Assembly: GCA_963801355.1 (NCBI GenBank)
Contig: CAWDEM010000004.1
Location: 32,001-96,000 of the forward strand
Length of the DNA stretch: 64,000 nucleotides
Direction of reading: 5' to 3'
DNA from: Ignavibacteriota bacterium
GTDB taxonomy: Bacteria; Bacteroidota; Ignavibacteria; UBA10030; UBA6906
In this document: in pieces, positions 8,411 to 18,686 of the stretch
Position numbering within the stretch: position 1 is the stretch's first letter
Layout: every line of letters begins with the position of its first letter
Notes under the pieces: model-generated
The model's input: only the letters and a program-made list of their open reading frames with translations
What the model was told of the DNA's origin: nothing
The model's database searches: none
Translations under genes and position numbers: made by a program

Positions 8411-8519
8411 GAGGCAACTGGCACGAGGCAATAGGCACGAGGGGAGCAGGCAGCAGGCAAGGGGTGATAGGCAATAGGATGGTATCCCTATTGCCTGTCA
8501 CCTGCCGCCTATTGCCTAC
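8411..8519. repeat. Heptamer-periodic intergenic repeat (AGGCAAT-like) with inverted second half
   Basis: gaggcaa-ctggcac-gaggcaa-taggcac-gagggga-gcaggca-gcaggca-aggggtg-ataggca-atagg, then cctattg-cctgtca-cctgccg-cctattg-cctac, between convergent genes. Confidence 0.7.
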
Positions 8520-10386
8520 TTTTTCTTGAAGATCTTCTTCACCGCATCGTCTATCCGTCCCTTCTTCTCTTTCTCCAGCCGCTCTTCCAGTTCTTTCTTC
8601 TTTGTTTCAACCATGGAAATCTTCTCGTTCACCAGCGCCTGGTACTGGGCAAGCTGCTGCTCTACCTCTGCCTTGCGAGCATTGTAGACTGTCTCGAACT
8701 CCTGCCGCTTCTTGGCGATGATAGCGTTCGACCGCGCACGCAATTCGGCCTGCGCCTTTGTCAATTCCGCCCCGAGCACCGCTTTCACCCGACCGATGAA
8801 CAGCGCGTCAAGATCTGTTGCCAGCGCCACATCAAATCCAGCATCCGTCTTCCATCCTCTGAGTTTTAGATCAAATCCGTTCACGCCGTCCAGCACATCA
8901 CGTACCAGGCGTTCGCCGATGTGGGCCGGAGCACCTGCATAGCTGAACCCGACCTGCCGGAAGTGCAGATTGGCTGAGCCGTCAAATCGGTCCCCAGGAA
9001 TGCTTACAGTGACTTCGGCGGCAAGCTGCGATCCGGTGATCTTTCCTTTGAGAAAGCTCTCCGATCCGATCCCGATATCGGAAATGCCGATCCCCGTAAT
9101 ACCGGCTTTGTATTCATCCACGGGTGTCTGCTTCCGGCGGTCCATGAGCGCCCCGAATGTTGCCGACACTTTACCGGCCTGTGTCCCCGAGAGCTGCACG
9201 GTCATCGGAAGTCCCGTCACGCGCTGGTCGCTGGCGATGTTCTTGACTTCTCCCTTTGCATAGAGATATTCGGTATCCTGTGTCCGGTCGGTCCCTCCGG
9301 ACACCACAAGATTCCGCACCCAGTACTTGGGTATGACGTCTCCACCGGGAAATGGATATCCTGCCCCTTCATCCGCGGCGGTGTTTCTATCTCCGGCTCG
9401 GGTTGGTACTCCGCGATCTTCGCACGGGCAATATCCACGTACGATAGGTATTTCTTCACATTCTCGATCAGCTGCCGGCCCAGGAGCGCTTCGGCAAGCC
9501 CCATGGTATTGAGATCGGGGAGCGCGCGCCAGGGCGAGGATCTTGCGGAAATCCTCTTTGGCAACATCGTCGATTCTGCCTGCCGAAGCAGCAATAGTAT
9601 TAATGTCGCTTCTAATGGAGGTCTGCCGGGAATCGAGTGTCGCAACAATATCCCGAAGCTCTTTGTACCCATGATCCACTGTCATGATAGCGGAAGTAAT
9701 CGAAGCGACATCCTTCAGCGCCGCGGGATTGATGGCACGAACACTCGAATCGATCAGGATCGCACGCTGTTTGGCGTTCTCAATGTCGTTCATCGCAGCC
9801 GGCCACTGGGCAGCCACTGCGGTTGCCTGCACCTTGAGCGTGTCAATGAATTTCAGTGAACGCAGATCCACCACTTTCAACAGGCTGTCTACGTTGATCC
9901 CCGTACGGAACATCGCCGGATCCAGCAAGCGGGTGCTCGATGATCCGCTTTTGCAGCGCTGCTTCAGCAAGGTCTGCGAACTTGATTGAGTTTTCCTGTC
10001 GCGTGCTTTTGCGCGCTACAGCCTGGCTACCCGGGAAGTGATCCGTCAGTCGTTCGCTGGTCCCCAGGATCAGATCATTCACCTTGGCGTTTTCGACGAT
10101 GTACTTCCCGCGCAAGAGCTGGCCGAGGTCCATCGCGAACTGCTACTTTCCCCGTTTCGAATATATTCTTCCACGGATCACTCGGATCAGCCACTTGCAG
10201 CTTGCTAAACTTCAATCCGAGGGGAGAGAATGTAACCGAAAGATTGTCAATCTCCACTCTCGCTCCCACAGCGTCTTCCGCCGCATACTCAATGCCCGAT
10301 TCGATCCAGCGGTCAATGAAGAAATAGGCCACAACTGCGAATATAATGAACGGAATCAGGACGAAGAGGATAAAGTTCTTTCTCAT
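8516..10386 (-). CDS. TIGR03545-family protein (N-terminal membrane anchor), split by several frameshifts
   Basis: MRKNFILFVL...GARVEIDNLS...LQVADPSDPWKNIFETG, PPRMKGQDIHFP, coiled-coil C-terminus. Pieces in ORFs 10075-10386, 9843-10133, 9217-9672, 8516-9970. Paired with TIGR03546. Confidence 0.75.
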
Positions 10387-10389
10387 GGC

Positions 10390-10914
10390 CTAGCCTCCGA
10401 TGTCCCGGAGCCGCTCATACCACTGTACGAGAGCGCTTCTTTTCACTATCTGATAGATCTTCATCTTCTCCACGCGCGCACCCACGGTGGTCCGGTATGC
10501 TACGACAAAGCGTTTCATGCCGAAGTAGATCGGGATAAAGAAAAGAAGTGCACAGAGAAAACTTCCCATCACCACCGTATTGTTGAAACGCGTGAGGGGG
10601 GCAATCGGAGCATTGTACAGCGAGGTCCAGAGGCTATGCAACGCGTCGATGTTCACTAGAACCTGGAATCCGAACCAGTGGAAAAGTGGATCCAGCAAAA
10701 AAGCAACAAGGCTGAACACCGTGAGTGCCACGAGGGATGCCGAAAGGTTGACATTGAGAACAAGAATAACCAGCCAGACCACGGCGCCCTGCAATGTCAG
10801 CATCGGTGAGAGTCCGAGTATAGAGCCGAGGGCGAACCCTCCGGCCACCTGCGCCGGCGTCTGTCCCTCACGAAGGATTTTTATGAAATCCCGCACCAAC
10901 TTGAGCCAGAACAT
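10390..10914 (-). CDS. TIGR03546-family (DUF2062-like) membrane protein
   Basis: TPAQVAGGFALG...LYNAPIAPLTRFNNTVVMGS. Confidence 0.85.
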   Translation of the reverse strand: MFWLKLVRDFIKILREGQTPAQVAGGFALGSILGLSPMLTLQGAVVWLVILVLNVNLSASLVALTVFSLVAFLLDPLFHWFGFQVLVNIDALHSLWTSLYNAPIAPLTRFNNTVVMGSFLCALLFFIPIYFGMKRFVVAYRTTVGARVEKMKIYQIVKRSALVQWYERLRDIGG

Positions 10915-10928
10915 TTGTTACCTCCGCA

Positions 10929-12654
10929 TTAGTACCCCACCGCTCTCCCCCCGCTCCTGGTGTCAGCCGCGCCCATCCAGACCTTCCCGCTACGGGCAAT
11001 CGACGGCGCAATGGCCAGCATCCTCACAAATTCCAACTTATGCCCCATCGCCTCCAACGCCGTGCAGGTTTCCGCAGAAAATCCCCCCTCTTCCAGATAG
11101 AGCTGATCGGGGAGATGCTGGTGATGCAACCTGGGTGCGCTGACTGCTGAGTCAATCGGCATCTTGAAATCCAGGACATTCGAGATGACCTGAAATGTCC
11201 CGGTGATGATGTGCGGCCCGCCGCTGGCCCCCACGATGAGTACCGGAGAGTCTGTGGCATCCAGGATGATGGTCGGCGACATGGACGAGAGAATGCGCTT
11301 CCCGGGGACGATGGCGTTGGCCTCTCCTTGAACTAAACCGAACGTGTTCGCACTTCCGGGCTTCGACGAAAAATCATCCATCTCGTTGTTCAAAAAGAAC
11401 CCTGCTCCTTCCACAACAACAGCAGACCCGAAACTGAGGTTCAAAGTTGTGGTTAGGGCAACCACGCACCCCGCACTGTCAACCACCGAGAAATGTGTGG
11501 TGTGCATACCTTCATGAACAGGCGCCATCAATCCGGGAAGGATCTCCCGCGACGGCGTGACATGGTGCAGGATCTATTGTGGATCGGCGTTCCGCCGCAT
11601 ATGATTTCGATAGCAGGGAATCCTGCGGAAACGTCACGACATCCGGATCGCCAAGCCAGTAGTTCCTGTCGGCGAAAGCTCTTCTCATTGCCTCGGCAAC
11701 CAGATGGATATGTTCCGGAGAATGCCACTTCATGCGGGGAAGATCGTATCCTTCGAGTATGTTCGCGATCTGCGCAATGGTGATCCCGCCGGACGACGGC
11801 GGCGGCGTGGAGATGATACGGTACCCGCGGTAGTACGCCTGCACCGGGGTGCGCCAAACTGCCTTGTATTCGCTCAGATCCTGTGCGGTGATGATCCCCC
11901 CACCCCGCTCCATTTCCCGCAGGAGAAGCTCCGCTGTTTCTCCGGTATAGAACCCGGCAGGGCCGCGTTGTGCAATGCGCTGCAGGCAACGCGCAATATC
12001 CGGATTGCGCCAGATGCTCCCTTCCGTTATGGAATGTCCACCGGGTAGAAACAGACCGGCTGAGCCGGGGAAACGCACAAGACGTACGGAATCCACGCGT
12101 ACGGAATGCGCAAAACTCCTGCTGACAGGAAACCCCTTGTCTGCCAGATGTATGGCCGGGTCCACCACATCACTCCAGGGCAGCCGGCCAAAACGCCGGT
12201 GCGCTTCATAGAGACCCGCGACGCTCCCCGGGATTCCTGCGGCAAGATGACCGGTGACCGAACGCTCGGTTACTTCCCCGGCAGCATTCAGATACATGTC
12301 ACGCCGCGCCGCAAGAGGTGCCTTCTCTCTGAAATCGAGCGCGGCGGTTGTGCCGTCAGGCATCCGTACAACCATAAATCCGCCACCGCCTAAATTGCCC
12401 GCTTCCGGCATGGTGACCGCCAGGGCGAACGCCGTTGCTACCGCAGCGTCTACGGCATTCCCTCCACGTTGCATGACTTCGATGCCCGCACGCGAAGCCA
12501 GTGGCTCATCACTCACGACGACACCGTGTGGCGCGGTGACAGCGGCACTGTCGGGAGGGTATGGCCAGGCATGATAATCCGGCAACAACCCTTCGATCCG
12601 GCCGCAGCCCGCATAGACCAGGAGCAGCACTGATACGAGGATTCTCGTGGACAT
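10929..12654 (-). CDS. ggt: Gamma-glutamyltransferase (frameshift ~11520-11590)
   Basis: GGNAVDAAVATAFALAV, GNLGGGGF, DFREKAP. Small subunit starts TTHFSVVD, with LNNEMDDF and PGKRILSSMSP. Confidence 0.93.
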
Positions 12655-12883
12655 TTTTTGTTTGCACGATGTCGGGATGAATCTTGCAAGATTCTCACCT
12701 CAATTCGTGATACACAAAGATACCGGAAACAGGTTCCATCTGCAACGAATCGAATACCCTTTCGAATGGAAACTTATGTGAGACGATAAGCGGGCAACGG
12801 CGTGGACGATCCTCCATCCAACACACAGGCACGGGCAGGGAGGAATGGTGAAATCTGTTATCTGAATTTCTTATCTTGTCTGC

Positions 12884-13630
12884 ATGGCTCACTCCGGTGT
12901 GTACAACTTCGCTCTCAAATCGTACCAACTGGATCAGCGCGGCCGCATGCCCGTCTGGATCATCTTCCAGAACCTGCAGGAAGCCGCCGAATACAATGCG
13001 GTGGATCTGGGATTCGATACCGAGACACTGCTTCAGCGCGGCCTCACCTGGGTCCTCTCGCGTCTGCAGCTCCGCGTGACCTCGGTCCCGAAAGGACGGC
13101 AGGGCATGGAGGTGGAGACCTGGCCGTCTGACATCGTGAGCCGGTTCGCCCACCGCGACTTCCGGCTCCGCCTTCCGGGCGAGGAAGAGTATTTCGCGGT
13201 GGCATCCAGTGCATGGATCATGCTCGATCTGCAGAAAATGAGACCGGTAACGGTGGCCACATACCTCCCTGAAGACCATGTTGTGCACCTCCCCCGCATG
13301 GTCACTGAACCATTTCCGGCTTTTGACACACAGGGTGAGCCGGAAGTTCTGACGGAATTCCGTGTGCGCAGATCGGACCTCGACCTGAACGATCACGTAA
13401 ACAACGTGCACTACGTCGAATGGCTGGCCGAGTCGGTGCCCGAACAGCTCTGGCGGAACGCGGATGTGAGTGCACTCGACGTTGAATACAAACGCGCCGT
13501 GAAGTTCGGCGACACCGTGACCGTTTCCACATATGCCGCAGGAGATCACACATACATCCACCGGATGCTGGTAGCCGGCCAACCCGGTGATGTTCTCCGC
13601 GCACGGACGGTCTGGAAGCCGTTGCCCTAG
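12884..13630 (+). CDS. Acyl-ACP thioesterase (FatA/B-like)
   Basis: LQEAA, TWVLSR, DLDLNDHVNNVHY catalytic motif. Confidence 0.9.
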   Translation: MAHSGVYNFALKSYQLDQRGRMPVWIIFQNLQEAAEYNAVDLGFDTETLLQRGLTWVLSRLQLRVTSVPKGRQGMEVETWPSDIVSRFAHRDFRLRLPGEEEYFAVASSAWIMLDLQKMRPVTVATYLPEDHVVHLPRMVTEPFPAFDTQGEPEVLTEFRVRRSDLDLNDHVNNVHYVEWLAESVPEQLWRNADVSALDVEYKRAVKFGDTVTVSTYAAGDHTYIHRMLVAGQPGDVLRARTVWKPLP

Positions 13631-13638
13631 AAAACGCC

Positions 13639-14520
13639 ATGCAAATCGGACAGACTTTCGCTCATTACCGCATCATCGACCGCATCGGGACCGGAGATAC
13701 CGGAGAGCTCTATCGCGCGATGGACCACCGCCTTCGCCGCATGGTCGCTCTTAAGTTCTTTTCACCCGGCTGCATTGCAGACGAGCAGGCACGTGAACGG
13801 TTCATGCATGAAGCTCGAACAGCTTCCGGCCTCGACCATCCAAACATCTGCACGATCCATGGCATCGAGGAAACACCGGAGGGTCAACTCTTCGTAAGTA
13901 GGGAATGGTACGGCGGCGAGACACTCCGCAACACCATCGCACGCGGACCCCTGCGGATGGAAGATGCAATCGGGATCGCCCGGCAAGTGGCCGAAGGACT
14001 CGCCAGAGCTCACGATGAAGGCATTACACACCGCGACCTCCATCCTGGCAACATTCTGATTACCCCGGAACGTGCGGTGAAGATACTGGACTTCGGCGTT
14101 GCAGCACTGACCGGAGCAACACAGCCCCGGCGGCCCCGCGTTACCCCGGGAAGGCTCACCTACCTGTCGCCCGAACAGCTTCGCGGTGAAGAGGGTGGTG
14201 CATCATCGGATATCTGGGCATTCGGTGTCATGCTGTTTGAAATGCTCGCCGGCCGCATACCCGAGCAGGGAGAGGATCTCTCAACCATCCGGAAAGAAGT
14301 CCCCGGATCAATCGTGCAACTTTGCAGGCAATGCCTTCAGGCGAACCCGGATGAGCGTCTGCACTCCATGCACGATGTGATCGGCATGCTCGGTCACTGG
14401 CCGTTCGACGCCTCGCGTGTGGCATCCCCTCTGGTTCGGAAACTCAAGTCCCGTTACTTCGTGCCGCTGCTCGTGGCTGCGATTCTGCTCATTGTCATTC
14501 TCTACCTCCTTCTGAGATGA
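13639..14520 (+). CDS. Hanks-type Ser/Thr protein kinase with C-terminal TM helix
   Basis: VALK, HPNI, HRDLHPGNI, KILDFG, YLSPEQ, SDIWAFG; hydrophobic tail. Confidence 0.88.
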   Translation: MQIGQTFAHYRIIDRIGTGDTGELYRAMDHRLRRMVALKFFSPGCIADEQARERFMHEARTASGLDHPNICTIHGIEETPEGQLFVSREWYGGETLRNTIARGPLRMEDAIGIARQVAEGLARAHDEGITHRDLHPGNILITPERAVKILDFGVAALTGATQPRRPRVTPGRLTYLSPEQLRGEEGGASSDIWAFGVMLFEMLAGRIPEQGEDLSTIRKEVPGSIVQLCRQCLQANPDERLHSMHDVIGMLGHWPFDASRVASPLVRKLKSRYFVPLLVAAILLIVILYLLLR

Positions 14521-15100
14521 GCAACCTGGATGCTGACAATGGTTCCCCCGGCACGCAAAGCCGTCCGCGCGTGTATATCCTCACGGGCCCGCAGGGCTCC
14601 GGAAAATCCACACTGCTGAGAAGACCTTCTCGGCGCTACTGAGGCAGCATGGCCGCACCGTGGCAGGAATACGCGCTCCCGTGGTGGTGAAAGACGGCAC
14701 GCGCATCGGCTATGATGTTGAAGATGTACGCACCGGAGACACGACTTCCGCTCTGCCGGATCGATCAACGAGATCCGGTTGCCTCTGTAGGCCCCTTCGG
14801 GTTCAACCATGACGGCATCCGTTTCGGCAATGCGGCATTGTCACTCGAGGCATGCGGCCGAATGCGATCTGGTGATTGTCGATGAGATAGGACCGCTGGA
14901 ACTGGAAGGCGGCGGATGGGCACCCGCACTGCGCCACTCTGCTCGAATCCTATACCGGCCGCCTCCTCCTTGTTGTGCGCCCGGATATTCTCGGGAAGGT
15001 CCTCGAACAATGGAAGATCCAACCCGCTGCGACATGGAACCCGGCTCTCCACTCGGCCGACCACATCGCGGAACAGCTGTGGAGATCAAGCAAAGATTAA
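14517..15100 (+). CDS. P-loop nucleoside-triphosphatase (NTPase_1/DUF2478-like), frameshifted
   Basis: VYILTGPQGSGKS Walker A, RIGYDVED, VGPFGF, DLVIVDEIGPLE Walker B, spread over several frames. Not captured whole by the ORF track. Confidence 0.75.
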
Positions 15101-15228
15101 CAGCAGATGAAGGAAGTATGAAGTCTGGGAAAATGCTCAAAGGCCGTGATTATGCACCGAGGCCTCTTTTTGCGTCTTTGTGCATCTCATCAGAGTAGAT
15201 ATTTTCGACTAATCAAGGATTCCATACC

Positions 15229-15693
15229 ATGCTAAAAAGAGAAGCAATAGTTAAGCATATTCAGGGTGTCACGTTTGCGGGAAAGGCCGATACCGGCCAC
15301 TGGGTCATGATGGACGGTCCCGCCCGGTTGGGCGGCAGTGACGCCGGAGCGCGCCCTAAAGAACTCGTGCTGATCGGCCTGGGCGGCTGCACGGCGAGCG
15401 ACGTCGCTAATATTCTCCAGAAGAAGCGGGTTCCGTTTGAAGATCTCGAAGTCCTTCTTCATGCTGATGCTGCCGAAGATCCCCCGCAGGTCTACACGAA
15501 GATCCACATCGAGTATGTGGTATACGGAGAGAACATCAATCCTGCCGATGTCGAGCGTGCAATCGAGCTTTCCACGACAAAGTACTGCTCGGTGTCTGCC
15601 ATGTTGCGTGCATCGGTGGAGCTCACGCACTCCTACACGATCAAGCCTCCCCGGAGGCTGAGCGGTCACACCGCCGCACAACTGACGGACTGA
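15229..15693 (+). CDS. OsmC family protein
   Basis: GARPKELVLIGLGGCT ... KYCSV. Confidence 0.92.
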   Translation: MLKREAIVKHIQGVTFAGKADTGHWVMMDGPARLGGSDAGARPKELVLIGLGGCTASDVANILQKKRVPFEDLEVLLHADAAEDPPQVYTKIHIEYVVYGENINPADVERAIELSTTKYCSVSAMLRASVELTHSYTIKPPRRLSGHTAAQLTD

Positions 15694-15788
15694 TCCCCTC
15701 ATCGATGACACACATTGACATCACCCGCACACAATCAGCAAAAATGTCGGCACTTATGCGTGGCTCGCCACCTATGGACGGATATACT

Positions 15789-16188
15789 ATGACAATTTCC
15801 CAGATTCTCCTGTATGCACTGCTGGCACTTGTCGATTCTTTTCTACTTGCGGCGTTTTCTCCTGACACGCACTGTTACGCGCTACTCGCCCGCACAGCTT
15901 GCCGACCGCTTGAAAGAACCCGGGGCTGTGCTGCTCGATGTCCGCACAGAAAAAGAGCGGCAGGCACAGCTGATCCCGGGTTCGCTGCATATCCCGCTGC
16001 AGGAGCTCGGGCGCCGCATGGGGGAACTTGAGAAGCACAAGAACCGCGAAGTGATCTGCTACTGCCAGTCGGGCAATCGCAGCCTCACCGCTGCTGTCCG
16101 CCTCCGCCGCTTCGGTTTCAACGCTTCACATCTCGAAGGCGGCATCGCAGAATGGAATTTCAGCCAACACACGAAAGGACAGCGATGA
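15789..16188 (+). CDS. Rhodanese-like domain protein with N-terminal TM (frameshift ~15834)
   Basis: LLDVRT, IPGSLHIP, YCQSGNRS, LEGGIAEW. Confidence 0.85.
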
Positions 16189-16568
16189 AATACGGATTTT
16201 CACGCACGGTCGACCTCACGTACGAACGCGCCATCGAGCGGGTGACGGAAGAGCTTAAGAAGGAAGGGTTCGGAGTCCTGACAACGATTGACGTGCAGGA
16301 GACACTCAAGAAGAAGCTGGGTGTGGATTTCACCAAATATATCATTCTCGGCGCATGCAATCCCCCGTTTGCTCATAAGGCGCTGCAGCTCGAGGAACAG
16401 ATCGGCCTGCTGCTTCCCTGCAATGTCATTGTCTATGAAAAGGAAGGCAAGACCGTCGTGGCAGCGTTCGACCCGATGATAATGAGCGTTATACTGGAAG
16501 GGGAAAAGATGGAACCGGTTGCCCGGGAAGTGAAAAGCCGTCTGGAGCGGGTCCTGCAGAACCTCTGA
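16185..16568 (+). CDS. DUF302 domain protein
   Basis: GFGVLTTIDV, YIILGACNP, IGLLLPCNV. Confidence 0.9.
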   Translation: MKYGFSRTVDLTYERAIERVTEELKKEGFGVLTTIDVQETLKKKLGVDFTKYIILGACNPPFAHKALQLEEQIGLLLPCNVIVYEKEGKTVVAAFDPMIMSVILEGEKMEPVAREVKSRLERVLQNL

Positions 16569-16575
16569 TGTACCA

Positions 16576-17743
16576 TCACCGGCGTCGTCGATCGGGAATG
16601 AATTCGCTTCCCGCTGACCGGCTCATGTGGAAGTAGTGTTTGATGACACGCACCGTCCGCTCGGCTGCGTGTCCATCACCGTACGGGTTGACCGCCGTGG
16701 CCATCGCACGGTACGCGGCCGGACGCGTGAGAAGTGTCTTGGCCGTGCGATAGATGCGATCGGCATCCAGCCCAACGAGTTTTACGGTGCCGAACTCCAC
16801 CGCTTCCGGTCTCTCGGTCTTCTCACGAAGCACAAGAATGGGTTTGCCCAGTGAAGGTCCCTCCTCCTGTACCCCCCCTGAATCCGTAATCACGAGTGTG
16901 GAGCGTGCCATCGTGTGCACGAAGTCGAGATAATCAAGCGGCTCGAGAAGAACGGCATTGGGCAGATCCCGGAGCAGCGGAACCACGACCTCTCTCACAA
17001 CCGGATTCTTGTGCAGGGGGAAGACGATCTGCACATCGGGAAATTCCACGGCAAGACGACGCAGTGCAGACGCCGCCCCACGCATCGGCGCTCCCCAATT
17101 CTCGCGCCGGTGCATCGTGACCAGAATCGTCCGGCGGCCGGTCTCCATGGCAGTCCGGAGCGCGGGAATGGAAAGCCTGTGCTTCCGTGCTCACCGCAAG
17201 CTGTAAGGCATCAATCACCGAGTTCCCGGTGATGAAGACGGTCCGGGGATCGATATGTTCCCGCAGGAGAGCCCGCTTTGCAGTTGCCGTCGGGGCAAAA
17301 TGCAGATCGCCGATGCAACTGGTCAACCGGCGGTTCATCTCTTCAGGGAAGGGTTGGGTTTTGTCGTTGGTACGAAGACCCGCCTCTACATGTCCCACGG
17401 GGATGTGACGGAAGAAAGCCGCAAGGCTGCCGACAAATGTGGTGAGCGTATCCCCCTGGACCAGCACCATGTCCGGTTCTTCACGAACCATGATGCGGTC
17501 GAGCGCGTCAATCGTGTTGCGCGTGATCTGCGCCAGAGATTGGCGGGGCTTCATGATGTTCAGGTCGTACTCCGGCCGGATGCCGAATACGGTGAGCACC
17601 TGATCCAGCATATGGCGGTGCTGCGCCGTCGCAATGGCGACGACGCGGCACCACGCATGTTCCTTCTGTAATCGCAGAATTATCGGGGCAAGCTTGATGG
17701 TATCAGGCCTGGTGCCGAATACTACCGCGATGGTCTTTTTCAC
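16576..17743 (-). CDS. wecB: UDP-N-acetylglucosamine 2-epimerase (non-hydrolysing), frameshift ~17150-17190
   Basis: FGTRPDTIK, VQGDT, HVEAGLRT, PFPEEMNR, HRRENWG, TDSGGVQEE, NPYGDG. Confidence 0.93.
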
Positions 17744-17748
17744 GATCG

Positions 17749-18641
17749 CTATTTGGTGTCGAGGATGATGGGGAGGCCATCCTTCCCGGCACCGACAATG
17801 ATGATCTTCGTGTTGGGTGAATTCGCCAGCTTCTCGGTGGCTTCAATTCCCTTCCACCGGAGCAGCGGCTCGCTGATTCCCTGTGCGACGATATTCTGGA
17901 AATCGGAGATTCCCTTTGCCTCGATCCGCTTCCGGTCAGCTTCCTGCTTTTCCTTCAGCAGGATAAACTCCATCCGCTGCGCTTCCTGATCGGCACGCTG
18001 TTTCTGCTCGATGGCTTCGGTTAACTGAGTGGGCAGAGAGACATTGCGCAGCGGCACCGTTTCCACGATGATGCCGCGGGGAGCAAGTGCCCGGGCAAGT
18101 TCCTCCTGGATATTGATCGCGAGGCGCTCGCGTTCGGTGGAATAGAGCGCACTGGCCTGGAAACTCGCGGTCACCGCACGGCTGATGGAACGGAACTGCG
18201 GGATCAGGAGCACGTTCTCGTAGTCGCCGCTCACGATGGTCTGGTACACGCGCGCCGCGGAATCGGGATTCAACCGGTACAGCACGCTGAGTTCCAGGCC
18301 GATGGTCAACCCCTCGCGCGACAGGACCTGCATGTTTTCCTTGTGCTCCTGGGTCTGGGCCGTGAACTTGTGCGACGTTAGCCATCGGGTTCACCAGATT
18401 GATGCCCGGCGGCAGCGTGCGCGCCTGCACGATACCGAAGAAGTCCACGACACCGACGTAGCCCGCAGGGATTACGCTGAACACCTGGATCACAGACACC
18501 AGCGGCGAAGAAGACGCAGACAAGCAACAAGACTGTCGCCACAGCACGGAACGACAGGTTGTTCTGTTTTACCTTACTCGCGGCTGCACGCCAGCCGAAG
18601 AATGCGACAATGGCAACGATGACACTCAGGACGAAGCCCAT
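17749..18641 (-). CDS. SPFH/prohibitin (band 7) family protein, frameshifted
   Basis: VIPAGYVGVV, LSREGL, AIEQKQRADQEAQRM, AKGISDFQNIV, GKDGLPIIL across three ORF pieces. Confidence 0.88.
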
Positions 18642-18686
18642 GGCTCATCTCCTCTAATGGAAGTTGTCAGAATAGCAGCTGTGCAT

